The notes: a model not told the origin generated them from the sequence alone. Positions 49,830-60,267 are shown, numbered from the stretch's first letter. The stretch is 64,000 bases of DNA from Pelagibacteraceae bacterium AG-410-N23 (GCA_003215055.1 QCKW01000004.1:990-64989); one strand, 5' to 3'. Program-made: numbers and translations.

Positions 49830-50582
49830 ATGAAAAAGATAGATTTTGATTTTAAAAATAGGACTGCTTTAATTACAGGGGGTGCACAAGGTTTTGGATT
49901 AGATATTGCTAAAAGATTTTTAAATTCTGGTGCTAAAGTAATTATTTGGGATATTGACTCTGAAATGTTAGAAAAAGCTGTTAAAGAATTAGATAATCCA
50001 AACTTAAGTTCAAATATTGTTGATGTATCAAACTATCAAGAAGTAGAAGCGTGTATTAATAATATTATTAAAAACTCAAATATTGATATTTTGATAAACA
50101 ATGCAGGTATCACTGGTCCAACAGCTCCTTTGTGGGAATACGATGTTGGAATGTGGAAAAAAGTCGTTGATATAAATTTAATGGGAACCTTTAATTGTTG
50201 TAAAACAATAGTGCCAAATATGATTAAAAATAATTATGGTAGAATAGTAAATGTTGCTTCTGTGGCTGGAAAAGATGGCAATGCGAATGCTAGTGCATAC
50301 AGTGTTGGCAAAGCAGGGGCTATAGGACTTACTAAATCACTAGGTAAGGAGTTAGCTAATAAGAATATTGCTGTTAATGCAGTAACACCTGCAGGCGCTA
50401 AAACAAGAATTTTAGATCAAATGACCAAAGAACATGTCCAAAGAATGCTTTCCAAGGTGCCAAGAGGTAGATTTTTAGAGGTCGAAGAGTTTACATCTTT
50501 AGTTTGTTGGCTGTCATCGGAAGAAAATACTTTTTCAACAGCAGCTGTTTTTGATATTAGTGGTGGTCGATCCACCTATTAA
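49830..50582 (+). CDS. Short-chain dehydrogenase/reductase
   Basis: TGGAQGFG, NNAGITG, YSVGK, FDISGGR. Confidence 0.9.
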   Translation: MKKIDFDFKNRTALITGGAQGFGLDIAKRFLNSGAKVIIWDIDSEMLEKAVKELDNPNLSSNIVDVSNYQEVEACINNIIKNSNIDILINNAGITGPTAPLWEYDVGMWKKVVDINLMGTFNCCKTIVPNMIKNNYGRIVNVASVAGKDGNANASAYSVGKAGAIGLTKSLGKELANKNIAVNAVTPAGAKTRILDQMTKEHVQRMLSKVPRGRFLEVEEFTSLVCWLSSEENTFSTAAVFDISGGRSTY

Positions 50583-50716
50583 CTTCGAGGTTTTTGTTCA
50601 ATTATTTTGATATTGTGTACTTTTGCACGACTTAGCTTAAAATCTTTAGACATAACTGGTGCAAAAATCATAATTGACCAGTAAATTAACAGTATAAAAA
50701 TTGAAATTGTCTTCAT
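50579..50716 (-). CDS. Possible 45-aa signal-anchored microprotein
   Basis: MKTISIFILLIYWSIMIFAPVMS.. from ATG 50716; occupies an otherwise empty gap. Confidence 0.35.
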   Translation of the reverse strand: MKTISIFILLIYWSIMIFAPVMSKDFKLSRAKVHNIKIIEQKPRS

Positions 50717-50804
50717 AATTAGGTTGTAAACGCAAATATTGATTTTTGAATGTTTAAATCTTGTCAAAATAATGTATTAACTTTTTTTTTTAAAAAAATT
50801 TTAA

Positions 50805-51455
50805 ATGAAAAATATTATACTTATACTTCTACTCATTTTAATTCAGGTTGAGGTTGGTTACACAACTGAAATAAAAGTATTTAATTTTACAGAAAATGAA
50901 CTTTCAGAGCTTCAGGTTAGAAAAGTAAGAGGAGCAGATAAAGCCACAATTTACTCAATTGGGTCAAATGAGAGAGGTAATTTTTTGAAAGCTGTTGCTG
51001 ATAATGCTGCCTCAGGTCTAGGTAAAGAAATCAAAATTGACTTAAACAAGACACCATTTATCAATATTACATGGAAAGTTGAGAAAGATTTGTCTGGTAT
51101 AAAAGAAGACACCAAAAAAGGTCATGATTTTGCAGCTAGAGTTTTTGCAGTAAAAAAGACAGGGGCAACACCACTTTCAAATAGAGCAATTAATTATGTT
51201 TTTTCAAGTAATAGCGATATTGGGTTAAATAGGCCAAGCCCATACACAAAAAAATCAATAGACTATGTGTTATCAACAACAAAAGAAAACTTAAATGAGT
51301 GGGTAACAGTGAAAGCAAACGTAAAAGATGATTTTAAGAAATTTCACAATTTAGATGTAAATGAATTAGATGGATTGGCTATTATGTCAGATACCGATAA
51401 TTCTCAAATGAAATCTATCGCTTATTTTCAGAATATTTATTTTTCTGCAGAATAA
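50805..51455 (+). CDS. DUF3047 family exported protein
   Basis: Signal peptide, ASGL, WKV, DFAARV, INYVF, SDTDNS. Confidence 0.8.
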   Translation: MKNIILILLLILIQVEVGYTTEIKVFNFTENELSELQVRKVRGADKATIYSIGSNERGNFLKAVADNAASGLGKEIKIDLNKTPFINITWKVEKDLSGIKEDTKKGHDFAARVFAVKKTGATPLSNRAINYVFSSNSDIGLNRPSPYTKKSIDYVLSTTKENLNEWVTVKANVKDDFKKFHNLDVNELDGLAIMSDTDNSQMKSIAYFQNIYFSAE

Positions 51456-51478
51456 TCATAATTTGATATACTTTTTTT

Positions 51479-51901
51479 ATGCATGAAAATTTCTTCTATA
51501 AAGTGAAAATTTATTATGAGGACACTGACTCTGGTGGAGTAGTTTATTATGCAAATTATTTAAAATTTTTAGAGAGAGCTAGAACTGAAGCCTTATTTTC
51601 AATAGGGTATAGTAATAAAAAAATTAAAAATGATTTTGGATCATTAATTATTGTTAAAGCTTGTAATATTGAATACAAAAAATCTGCTCATTTAGAAGAT
51701 GAATTAACAGTAAGATCTTTTGTTAAATCTATTACCAAAACATCTTTTTTCATGAACCAAATAATCACAAAAGGAGACGATTTAATAGTTGAAGCTCAAG
51801 TGCATTTAGTTTTTGTTAATAAGAATGGCAAACCAGTAAAAATACCAGATGAAATTTATCTTAAATTTAAACCTTATTTTTGTGACACTATTAAAACTTA
51901 G
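51479..51901 (+). CDS. ybgC: YbgC/FadM acyl-CoA thioesterase
   Basis: YYEDTDSGGVVYYANYLKFLERARTE. Confidence 0.85.
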   Translation: MHENFFYKVKIYYEDTDSGGVVYYANYLKFLERARTEALFSIGYSNKKIKNDFGSLIIVKACNIEYKKSAHLEDELTVRSFVKSITKTSFFMNQIITKGDDLIVEAQVHLVFVNKNGKPVKIPDEIYLKFKPYFCDTIKT

Positions 51902-52571
51902 CAATTTTTTTAGCTTTACGAAACAATTGATTAATCATTGAAGAAGTTACAACTTTAGTATTAACATTTCGAGGGCTTGGATGGTAGCAAGCTATCAATA
52001 TTCTACCATCAGGAAGTAAATATTTTTTATTATGTTTAAAAGAAATTTTTTTATTAACTTTAAATTTTTTTTTATATATTTTGAGACAATTATCAAAAGC
52101 AACTTTACCAAGAGTTACAATAACCTTAAGTTCTTTTAAATAATCAAGCTCTTTTACAAAATAATTTGAACATGATCTGAGTTCATTATTCATAGGCTTA
52201 TCACCTGGTGGTACACATTTTAATATGTTAGTTATATATGTAGATTTTAGTTTTAAACCATCTTTAATATTATTAGAAAAATTTTGATTTGATATTTTAA
52301 CTGAATGCAGACTTTTAAATAAAAAGTCACCAGATTTATCTCCAGTAAAAGCTCGTCCTGTTCTAGTGCCCCCATGAGCAGCAGGAGCTAAACCAATAAT
52401 CATAAGTTTAGCTTTTGTATCACCAAATCCAGTGACTGGCTTACCCCAATATTTTTCATTTATATTTTGTTTCCTTTTTTCAATTGAAATTTTTTTTATA
52501 AAATTAGTTAAACGAGGACATTTTTTACAATTAACTATTGTTTTATTCAATTTTTTAAACTTAATATTCAT
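51891..52571 (-). CDS. Uracil-DNA glycosylase, family 5 (UdgB-like)
   Basis: CKKCPRL Fe-S ligands, GLAPAAHGGTRTGRAFTGD, HPSPRN. Confidence 0.9.
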   Translation of the reverse strand: MNIKFKKLNKTIVNCKKCPRLTNFIKKISIEKRKQNINEKYWGKPVTGFGDTKAKLMIIGLAPAAHGGTRTGRAFTGDKSGDFLFKSLHSVKISNQNFSNNIKDGLKLKSTYITNILKCVPPGDKPMNNELRSCSNYFVKELDYLKELKVIVTLGKVAFDNCLKIYKKKFKVNKKISFKHNKKYLLPDGRILIACYHPSPRNVNTKVVTSSMINQLFRKAKKIAKF

Positions 52572-52573
52572 TA

Positions 52574-53131
52574 ATGAGATTATTAAACTTTATTTTAATT
52601 ATATTTCTAATTTTAACAAATGGAATTAAAGCAGATACAGAATTTCAAATTCTAAAAAATCTTAAAAATGGTGGTAATTTAATTTTTATAAGGCATGCCT
52701 ACGCTCCTGGTGGAGGAGACCCAGATAATTTTGATATAAATGATTGTTCAACGCAAAGAAATTTAAATGATGAAGGCAGAGAACAAGCAAAAAATATTGG
52801 AAATTTCTTTAGAGAAAATCTTATTCCAATTGATAAAGTCATATCAAGCGAATGGTGTAGATGTAAAGAAACTTCAGAATTAGCATTTGAAAAATTTGAA
52901 ACAAATAACTTTCTTAATTCATTCTTTAGTGAAAAATTTTCGAAAAATAAAACAAAACAAATTAAAAATCTTAAAAAATATATAGATAAATGGGATGGCA
53001 ATAAGAATTTAGTTTTTGTAACACATTATGTGGTAATTTCTGAAGCATTAAATTATGCTCCTAGATCTGGAGAAATTGTGATTTCGAATATAAGATTGAA
53101 AAAAATTGGTAATATAGAAATAGAATATTAA
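52574..53131 (+). CDS. Histidine phosphatase family protein
   Basis: RHAYAPG, SSEWCRC, VTH; signal peptide. Confidence 0.85.
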   Translation: MRLLNFILIIFLILTNGIKADTEFQILKNLKNGGNLIFIRHAYAPGGGDPDNFDINDCSTQRNLNDEGREQAKNIGNFFRENLIPIDKVISSEWCRCKETSELAFEKFETNNFLNSFFSEKFSKNKTKQIKNLKKYIDKWDGNKNLVFVTHYVVISEALNYAPRSGEIVISNIRLKKIGNIEIEY

Positions 53132-53136
53132 AAATT

Positions 53137-53262
53137 ATGTCGTCAAAGAGAGCAATGAAACAAGCACAAAAACAAGCTTACGCGAAACACAGAAGTAATA
53201 TTACCAACAGTAGATTTGGAAGTAAAAAAAGGTTTCTCATAAAAAATAAGAAAAAAAATTAA
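53137..53262 (+). CDS. 41-aa highly basic microprotein (not in ORF track)
   Basis: MSSKRAMKQAQKQAYAKHRSNITNSRFGSKKRFLIKNKKKN; fills the gap between flanking genes. Confidence 0.55.
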   Translation: MSSKRAMKQAQKQAYAKHRSNITNSRFGSKKRFLIKNKKKN

Positions 53263-53681
53263 CTTTCTTGATCAAACTTTTCTATTTTTTTACATGTAGA
53301 GATTTTTGAAATACCCACTTCACCATTCAAAACAGTTTTGATGAAAATTTCCCTTTTTTCTTTTTCAAATAGAATTTGAGTATAAAATTGTGGATATCCA
53401 TGCTTATGTGTCAAAATTTTTCCACCTTCTTCATAAATATTTCTAACATATGAGTTAGATTTTTTAACACTCAAGTCTGTCAATCTATATTTTTGATACG
53501 TTTTTTCTTTATATACATAATTTCTTGTCATTATTAATTCATTAAGATTAAGAATATATTCATTTTTTAAAAATTCGTCTTGTTTATCATCACATGCACT
53601 CAGGATAATTATTTCTGATTTTAAAGTTTGAATGGGTAAAATTATTAAAAAAAGAAAGATTAAATATTTAATTTTTCTCAT
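53259..53681 (-). CDS. Hypothetical exported protein
   Basis: Likely ATG 53681 (MRKIKYLIFLFLIILP..); signal-like N-terminus, two Cys. Confidence 0.6.
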   Translation of the reverse strand: MRKIKYLIFLFLIILPIQTLKSEIIILSACDDKQDEFLKNEYILNLNELIMTRNYVYKEKTYQKYRLTDLSVKKSNSYVRNIYEEGGKILTHKHGYPQFYTQILFEKEKREIFIKTVLNGEVGISKISTCKKIEKFDQES

Positions 53682-53841
53682 TTTTTTCAGCAAAAAATAT
53701 TCCAATTAGAAGAAGAGCAGTCCAACCTAAACCCAAAAGACCTTTTAAAATATTAGTATCCGCGCTCCAGATTTTAAGAACTAGTGCTCCAAATATAAGC
53801 CCTATTATATAGATTATTATAACAATTGAAGTTTTACTCAT
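53668..53841 (-). CDS. 57-aa two-helix membrane protein (not in ORF track)
   Basis: MSKTSIVIIIYIIGLIFGALVLKIWSADTNILKGLLGLGWTALLLIGIFFAEKNEKN; overlaps both neighbours. Confidence 0.65.
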   Translation of the reverse strand: MSKTSIVIIIYIIGLIFGALVLKIWSADTNILKGLLGLGWTALLLIGIFFAEKNEKN

Positions 53842-54085
53842 TTTTTAAGTTTTTTTTAAATAAAGAAATACCATTTTCAATTTTATATGTATACGACTCT
53901 TCGAAACTTTTTAATTGCCAACCAGTTAATCTTTTTTTTATAATCTTTATATTTTCTTTTTTCCAATCATCAGTTGTATCTTCAAGTTTCCAGATTTTTT
54001 TTTCATCATTATTCCTTCCACAACCATAACAATATCCAGTACTTGGATCAGTTTTACAAATACTGATGCACGGTGAAATAATCAT
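53834..54085 (-). CDS. DUF1289 family Cys-rich (putative Fe-S) protein
   Basis: SPCISIC..GYCYGCGR...E...W. Confidence 0.85.
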   Translation of the reverse strand: MIISPCISICKTDPSTGYCYGCGRNNDEKKIWKLEDTTDDWKKENIKIIKKRLTGWQLKSFEESYTYKIENGISLFKKNLKNE

Positions 54086-54174
54086 AGTAATATTATAGAG
54101 GAAAATTAATATAATTTACAATAAATCTCGTTGGACAAATAGTTTCAATAATATATAAAACCACTTGAATTTGT

Positions 54175-54259
54175 GGGGCGATGGCGGAATTGGTAGACGC
54201 GTCGGTCTTAGGAACCGATAGAGCAATCTGTGAAGGTTCGAGTCCTTTTCGCCCTACCA
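54175..54259 (+). tRNA. tRNA-Leu(TAG)
   Basis: Cloverleaf with long variable arm, anticodon loop CTTAGGA, CCA end. Confidence 0.95.
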
Positions 54260-54268
54260 CATTAAATT

Positions 54269-55699
54269 ATGAAAATTACAGTAGAAAATAAAAAAGGTTT
54301 AAATAAGGATGTAAAAGTTTTTATAGATAAGAAAACAATGTCTTCTTATATGGATGAAAAATATGAGGAGATTAAAGATAAAGTAAATATTAAAGGTTTT
54401 AGACCGGGCAAAGTTCCAAAAGAAGTTTTAAAAAGACAATTTGGTAAAGCAGTATTTGGTGAGGTGCTTGATAAGGTTTTAAAAGATACATCTACAAAAG
54501 CATTAGAACAAAATAAGATTAAACCAGCTGGTCAACCAAAATTAGATCTAAAGACTTATGGAGAAGATAAAGATTTAGAATATGTTATATCAGTTACAGA
54601 ACTTCCAAAAATAGAAATCAAATCAATTGATGGTATTAAGTTTGATGATTATACAGTTAAGATTGATGCTAAAGAAACTGATAATAGAATAAAAGATATA
54701 GCAAAAAATCAACCCAATTTTAAAGATGCATCATCCGAGACCAAAGCAAAAAAAGGCGATCTAGTTGTGTTTGATTATAATGCAACTGTTGATAATAAAA
54801 CTTTTAAGGGAGGGGAAGGTAAAAATACTCAGTTAACACTTGGTAAGGATTTATTTTTAAAAGGCTTTGATGATCAATTAATAGGAGTAAAAAAAGGAGA
54901 TCAAAAAACTGTTGAAGCTGTTTTACCTGAAAATTTTCCTGAAAAGGAATTTGTTAATAAAAAAGCAAAATTCAAATGTTCAATTTTAAATGTAAAAAAT
55001 CCTGAAGAGATTAAAATAGATGATCAGTTTGCGAAAAACTTAGGTGCAAAAGATTTAAATGATCTAAAATCTCTTATAGGTAAACAAATTAATGATGAAT
55101 ACAAAAATTCTTTAGACAGATTATCAAAAAATCAAATTCTTAAAGAGATAGAAAAATTTAAAGTAAGTGAAATACCTGAAAATTTAATTGAAGAAGAAGT
55201 TAAGATTCTTGGTCAGGGAATGTCTGAAGAGGATTTAAAAAAAAGTAAAAAAAATTTTGAGGAAATTGCTAAAAAGAGAATTAAAGTAGGTTTAATATTA
55301 AATGAATTTGGTGAACAGAATCAGGTAAAAGTAACTGAAAAAGAATTACAAGCTGAAGTCCAGAAACAAATAAGAATGATGCCTGGTCAAGAAAAGATGG
55401 TTATGGATTTTTATCAAAAAAATCCATCTGCGCTTTCAAGCTTAAGAGGAACTGTTTATGAAGAAAAAATTATTAAGATGATTAAAGAAAAAGCCAAAGC
55501 TAATAAAAAAGAGATTTCAAAAGATGAGGCAGAAAAAATTTTGAAACAGTCACAAAATCAACCCCATGATAATATTGAGCGTACAGATCATAAAAAATTA
55601 TCCAAAAAAAAGGCTGTAGAGAAAAAAACAATATTTAAAAAAACAAAGCCAAAATCAACAAAAGCTAAATCTTCTACAAAAAAAGTTAGCAAAAAGTAA
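54269..55699 (+). CDS. tig: Trigger factor
   Basis: GFRPGKVP, FKBP domain; follows tRNA-Leu and precedes clpP. Confidence 0.95.
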   Translation: MKITVENKKGLNKDVKVFIDKKTMSSYMDEKYEEIKDKVNIKGFRPGKVPKEVLKRQFGKAVFGEVLDKVLKDTSTKALEQNKIKPAGQPKLDLKTYGEDKDLEYVISVTELPKIEIKSIDGIKFDDYTVKIDAKETDNRIKDIAKNQPNFKDASSETKAKKGDLVVFDYNATVDNKTFKGGEGKNTQLTLGKDLFLKGFDDQLIGVKKGDQKTVEAVLPENFPEKEFVNKKAKFKCSILNVKNPEEIKIDDQFAKNLGAKDLNDLKSLIGKQINDEYKNSLDRLSKNQILKEIEKFKVSEIPENLIEEEVKILGQGMSEEDLKKSKKNFEEIAKKRIKVGLILNEFGEQNQVKVTEKELQAEVQKQIRMMPGQEKMVMDFYQKNPSALSSLRGTVYEEKIIKMIKEKAKANKKEISKDEAEKILKQSQNQPHDNIERTDHKKLSKKKAVEKKTIFKKTKPKSTKAKSSTKKVSKK

Positions 55700-55732
55700 T
55701 CTCAAGTTGTATAAGTAAAACGAATCAACTTT

Positions 55733-56344
55733 ATGACTAATAAAATAGCAGAACATATGAGCAGTTTGATACCAATGGTTGTTGAACAATCAAGTAAAGG
55801 AGAACGTGCTTATGATATTTATTCAAGATTATTAAAAGAGAGAATTATTTTTTTAACTGGCCAAATAAATGACAACGTAGCTTCTTTAATTACTGCACAG
55901 CTTCTATTTTTGGAAGCAGAGGATCCAAAAAAAGAAATTTATTTATATATTAATAGTCCAGGTGGTTTAGTAACAGCTGGTTTAGGAATTTATGACACAA
56001 TGCAGTATGTAAAACCTGATATTTCTACTTTGTGTATTGGTCAGGCTGCATCAATGGGATCTTTTTTACTATCTGCAGGAACTAAAGGAAAAAGATTTTC
56101 GTTACCCAACTCAAGAATAATGGTTCATCAACCTTCTGCAGGATTTCAAGGTCAAGCAACTGACATAGAGATTCATGCTAATGAAGTTTTATCATTAAAA
56201 AAAAGATTAAATGAAATATATTCAAAACACACTGGTAAATCAGTTGATGAAATTAAATCAGCTCTTGAAAGAGACAATTTCATGACTGCAGATTCTGCTA
56301 AAACTTTTGGATTAATAGACGAAGTTGTAGAAAAAAGATCCTAG
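55733..56344 (+). CDS. clpP: ATP-dependent Clp protease proteolytic subunit
   Basis: [28 protein letters not shown]. Confidence 0.97.
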   Translation: MTNKIAEHMSSLIPMVVEQSSKGERAYDIYSRLLKERIIFLTGQINDNVASLITAQLLFLEAEDPKKEIYLYINSPGGLVTAGLGIYDTMQYVKPDISTLCIGQAASMGSFLLSAGTKGKRFSLPNSRIMVHQPSAGFQGQATDIEIHANEVLSLKKRLNEIYSKHTGKSVDEIKSALERDNFMTADSAKTFGLIDEVVEKRS

Positions 56345-56433
56345 AACACAACATATTGGATAATGATTAATAGAAACTTGATTAGTAGGAGTCTTCTATA
56401 ATAAAGTAAGCTTATTGATTCGTTATAAAAATT

Positions 56434-57702
56434 ATGAGTACAAATAATAAAAATATTCTTTACTGCTCTTTCTGCGGGAAAAGTCAACATGAGGTTAGAA
56501 AGCTTATAGCAGGCCCAACAGTATTTATCTGCGATGAATGTGTCGAACTTTGCATGGATATTATAAAAGAGGAAAGTAAGGATACATTTGTCAAACATCA
56601 AGATGGCTTGCCTTCCCCAAAAGAAATTTGTTCAGTACTTGATGATTATGTAATTGGTCAAGCACACGCTAAAAAAGTTTTATCAGTTGCTGTTCACAAT
56701 CATTATAAAAGATTAAATTATGAAAATAAGACTAGTAAAAATGTAGAATTAGCAAAATCAAATATACTTTTAGTTGGACCCACGGGTTGTGGAAAAACTT
56801 TATTAGCACAAACTCTCGCTAGAATATTAGATGTTCCTTTTACAATGGCTGATGCTACTACATTAACAGAAGCAGGATATGTTGGTGAAGATGTTGAAAA
56901 TATTATTTTAAAATTATTACAAGCTGCTGATTATAACGTTGAAAAAGCTCAAAGAGGAATTGTTTATATTGATGAAGTGGATAAAATTAGTAGAAAATCA
57001 GAGAACCCATCTATCACTAGAGATGTATCGGGTGAAGGCGTACAACAAGCTCTATTAAAAATAATGGAAGGCACAATCGCTAGTGTTCCACCTCAAGGGG
57101 GAAGAAAACATCCTCAACAAGAATTTTTACAAGTAGATACTACAAATATTTTATTTATTTGTGGAGGAGCCTTTGCTGGTCTTGATAAGATTATTTCTCA
57201 AAGAGATAAAGGTACTTCAATTGGTTTTGGAGCAGATGTTAAAAATACTCAAGACAAAAAAACAGGTGAATGGATGAAAGGGTTGGAACCTGAGGATTTA
57301 TTAAAATATGGTTTAATTCCTGAATTTATTGGAAGATTACCGATGATTGCAACCTTAGAGGACTTAGATGAAAAATCTTTAATTAAAATACTTTTAGAAC
57401 CAAAAAATTCTTTAACAAAACAATACCAAGAATTATTTAAACTTGACGGAGCTAAATTAACATTTAAAGATAATGCACTTAAAGAGATTGCTCTTAAGGC
57501 AATAAGTAAAAAAACAGGAGCAAGAGGACTTAGGTCAATATTAGAAAATATTCTTTTGAAAACCATGTATGATTTACCAAGTCAAGACAATATTCAAGAA
57601 GTAATAATTGATGCATCAGCCGCAAAAGGTCAATCTCAGCCAATCATTGTGCACTCAAAAACTGAGAACAAATCTAAAACAGACAAGACATCAGCGGCTT
57701 AA
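56434..57702 (+). CDS. clpX: ATP-dependent Clp protease ATP-binding subunit
   Basis: CSFCGK zinc finger, [21 protein letters not shown] loop. Confidence 0.97.
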   Translation: MSTNNKNILYCSFCGKSQHEVRKLIAGPTVFICDECVELCMDIIKEESKDTFVKHQDGLPSPKEICSVLDDYVIGQAHAKKVLSVAVHNHYKRLNYENKTSKNVELAKSNILLVGPTGCGKTLLAQTLARILDVPFTMADATTLTEAGYVGEDVENIILKLLQAADYNVEKAQRGIVYIDEVDKISRKSENPSITRDVSGEGVQQALLKIMEGTIASVPPQGGRKHPQQEFLQVDTTNILFICGGAFAGLDKIISQRDKGTSIGFGADVKNTQDKKTGEWMKGLEPEDLLKYGLIPEFIGRLPMIATLEDLDEKSLIKILLEPKNSLTKQYQELFKLDGAKLTFKDNALKEIALKAISKKTGARGLRSILENILLKTMYDLPSQDNIQEVIIDASAAKGQSQPIIVHSKTENKSKTDKTSAA

Positions 57703-57728
57703 TATCCTTAATAAGTAATAAAAAGGTA

Positions 57729-57756
57729 TTGCAATATATATTATAATATCCATATT
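57729..57756 (+). promoter_or_regulatory. Possible heat-shock (RpoH-type) promoter of lon
   Basis: TTGCAA-N15-CCATAT just upstream of lon ATG; weak match in AT-rich DNA. Confidence 0.3.
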
Positions 57757-57762
57757 TAGGTC

Positions 57763-60141
57763 ATGGACATTAAAATATCTTCACCGTTATTACCACTAAG
57801 AGACATTGTAGTTTTTCCAAGTATGGTGATTCCACTTTTTGTTGGAAGGGACAAATCTATTTCTGCATTAAATGAGGTGATGAAAAAAGATAAAAAGATT
57901 ATCTTAGTAACTCAAAAAAATTCTGAAATTGATGATCCAAAAAAGACAGATATTTTTATGTATGGCTGTGAAGGAAGTATTCTTCAGCTTTTAAAATTGC
58001 CTGACGGGACAGTCAAAGTTTTAGTTGAAGGTCTTAAAAGAGTAAAAATATTAGATTTCAAAGATAATGAAAAGTTTATAGTATGTGATTACACACCTCA
58101 TAACGATACAACAGTTGAAGGTGAGGACTTATATCCTCTTGCCGCAACAGCTGTTAGAAGATTAGAAAAATTAACTTCAATAAATAAAAAAATTTCTAAC
58201 GAGACAATCAACACCATTAAACAATTAAAAGATCCATCACAAATAGCTGATAACATTGCTTCTCACATAACCGCAACAATATCAGAAAAACAACAAATTT
58301 TTGAGACTATTGATGTTAAAAAACGATTGAACGCAATAATCAAAATAATGGAAAATGAAACTAGTATTATTGGAGTAGAAAAAAGGATTAGAGGACGAGT
58401 AAAAACCCAAATGGAAAAAACTCAAAGAGAATATTATTTAAATGAGCAACTTAAAGCTATTCAAAAAGAATTAGGTGAAATTGAAGATGGTAAAGATGAA
58501 AGCACAAGTCTTAATAAAGCAATACTAAAAGCTAAAATGCCTAAAGAAGTAGAGAGAAAATGTTTACAAGAACTTAAGAAACTAAAAAATATGAGTCCAA
58601 TGTCTGCTGAAGCTACTGTTGTAAGAAACTATTTAGACTGGATGACAGAACTTCCTTGGCATAAAAAAAGTGCTGTAGATATTGATTTAAAAAAAGCATT
58701 ACAAATTTTAGATAAAGATCATTTTGGTTTAGAGAAAGTTAAAGAGAGAATAATTGAATTTTTAGCTGTTCAAAAAAGAATGGAAAAAATTAAAGGGCCG
58801 ATACTTTGTTTAGTTGGACCTCCAGGTGTTGGAAAAACATCATTAGGAAAATCTATTGCGAAAGCAACTAATAGAGAATTTGTAAGAATGTCAGTTGGTG
58901 GAATGAGAGATGAAGCTGAAATTCGTGGTCACAGAAGAACGTACATAGGATCTTTACCTGGAAAGATTATTCAGATGATGAAAAAAGCTGGGACTAAAAA
59001 CCCATTAATATTATTAGATGAAATTGATAAAATAGGAAACGATTACAGAGGTGATCCTTCTTCTGCTTTATTAGAAGCCTTAGATCCCGAACAAAATACA
59101 ACATTTAATGATCACTATCTCGAAGTCGATTATGACTTATCTGACGTTATGTTTGTAACAACAGCTAACACTTTAAATATTCTTCCACCGCTATTGGATA
59201 GAATGGAAGTTATAAGACTTGCGGGCTACACTGAAGATGAAAAAATAAATATAGCAAACAAATATTTATTACCTAAACAGATCAAAGATAATGGCGTCAA
59301 AGAAAAAGAGATGAATTTAGATGATAATATAATTCAAGAAATTATACGAAGTTACACAAAGGAGTCAGGTGTAAGAAATTTAGAAAGAGAAATTTCTAAA
59401 GTAGCTAGAAAAGTTGTAAAAAAAGTAGTTTCTGGTGAAGAAAAAGAAGTTAAAATTAACAAAGAAAATTTATCTGATTTCTTGGGTGTTCCAAAGTTTA
59501 AATCAGGAGAATTAGAAACAGAGAACAGAATCGGAATAGTAACTGGTTTAGCTTGGACAGAATATGGTGGAGAAATTTTAAAGATAGAAACTGTAACGAT
59601 GCCGGGCAAGGGAAGAACTCAAATTACTGGGAAATTAGGTGATGTGATGCAAGAGTCTGTGAAAGCAGCAAAATCTTTTGTAAGATCAAAATGTCTTGAA
59701 TATGGAATTATACCTCCATTATTTGAAAAAAAGGATTTCCATGTACATGTCCCTGAGGGAGCAACACCGAAAGATGGTCCCTCAGCAGGTATTGGTATGG
59801 TTACATCAATTGTTTCTTCAATAACAAATATACCTGTAAGAAAAGATTTAGCTATGACGGGTGAAGTTACAATTACTGGTCAAGTTTTACCGATTGGAGG
59901 TTTGAAAGAAAAATTAATTGCAGCACATAGAGCTGGTATTAAAGAGGTTCTTATTCCAAAAGAGAACGCAAAAGATTTAGTCGATATGCCAAAAAAAATA
60001 ATTGATGAAGTTAAAATTACACCGGTTGAGTTTGCTGATGAAGTTTTAAAAATTGCATTAACAAAAGAACTTAAAAAAACAGAATGGGTTGAGGTTGATA
60101 TGTCTAAAAAAGATGACAAATCTCAAGCAAGTATTCAATAA
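57763..60141 (+). CDS. lon: Lon protease
   Basis: LPLRDIVVFP, GPPGVGKT, PKDGPSAG. Confidence 0.97.
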   Translation: MDIKISSPLLPLRDIVVFPSMVIPLFVGRDKSISALNEVMKKDKKIILVTQKNSEIDDPKKTDIFMYGCEGSILQLLKLPDGTVKVLVEGLKRVKILDFKDNEKFIVCDYTPHNDTTVEGEDLYPLAATAVRRLEKLTSINKKISNETINTIKQLKDPSQIADNIASHITATISEKQQIFETIDVKKRLNAIIKIMENETSIIGVEKRIRGRVKTQMEKTQREYYLNEQLKAIQKELGEIEDGKDESTSLNKAILKAKMPKEVERKCLQELKKLKNMSPMSAEATVVRNYLDWMTELPWHKKSAVDIDLKKALQILDKDHFGLEKVKERIIEFLAVQKRMEKIKGPILCLVGPPGVGKTSLGKSIAKATNREFVRMSVGGMRDEAEIRGHRRTYIGSLPGKIIQMMKKAGTKNPLILLDEIDKIGNDYRGDPSSALLEALDPEQNTTFNDHYLEVDYDLSDVMFVTTANTLNILPPLLDRMEVIRLAGYTEDEKINIANKYLLPKQIKDNGVKEKEMNLDDNIIQEIIRSYTKESGVRNLEREISKVARKVVKKVVSGEEKEVKINKENLSDFLGVPKFKSGELETENRIGIVTGLAWTEYGGEILKIETVTMPGKGRTQITGKLGDVMQESVKAAKSFVRSKCLEYGIIPPLFEKKDFHVHVPEGATPKDGPSAGIGMVTSIVSSITNIPVRKDLAMTGEVTITGQVLPIGGLKEKLIAAHRAGIKEVLIPKENAKDLVDMPKKIIDEVKITPVEFADEVLKIALTKELKKTEWVEVDMSKKDDKSQASIQ

Positions 60142-60191
60142 TATTTAATTTACATTATTTAAGCCTTGATGTATTAGTAGACTTCTTTTTG

Positions 60192-60267
60192 GGGCGGTTA
60201 GCTCAGTTGGTAGAGCATCTCGTTTACACCGAGGGGGTCAAAGGTTCGAGTCCTTTACTGCCCACCA
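60192..60267 (+). tRNA. tRNA-Val(TAC)
   Basis: Cloverleaf, anticodon loop TTTACAC, CCA end. Confidence 0.95.
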
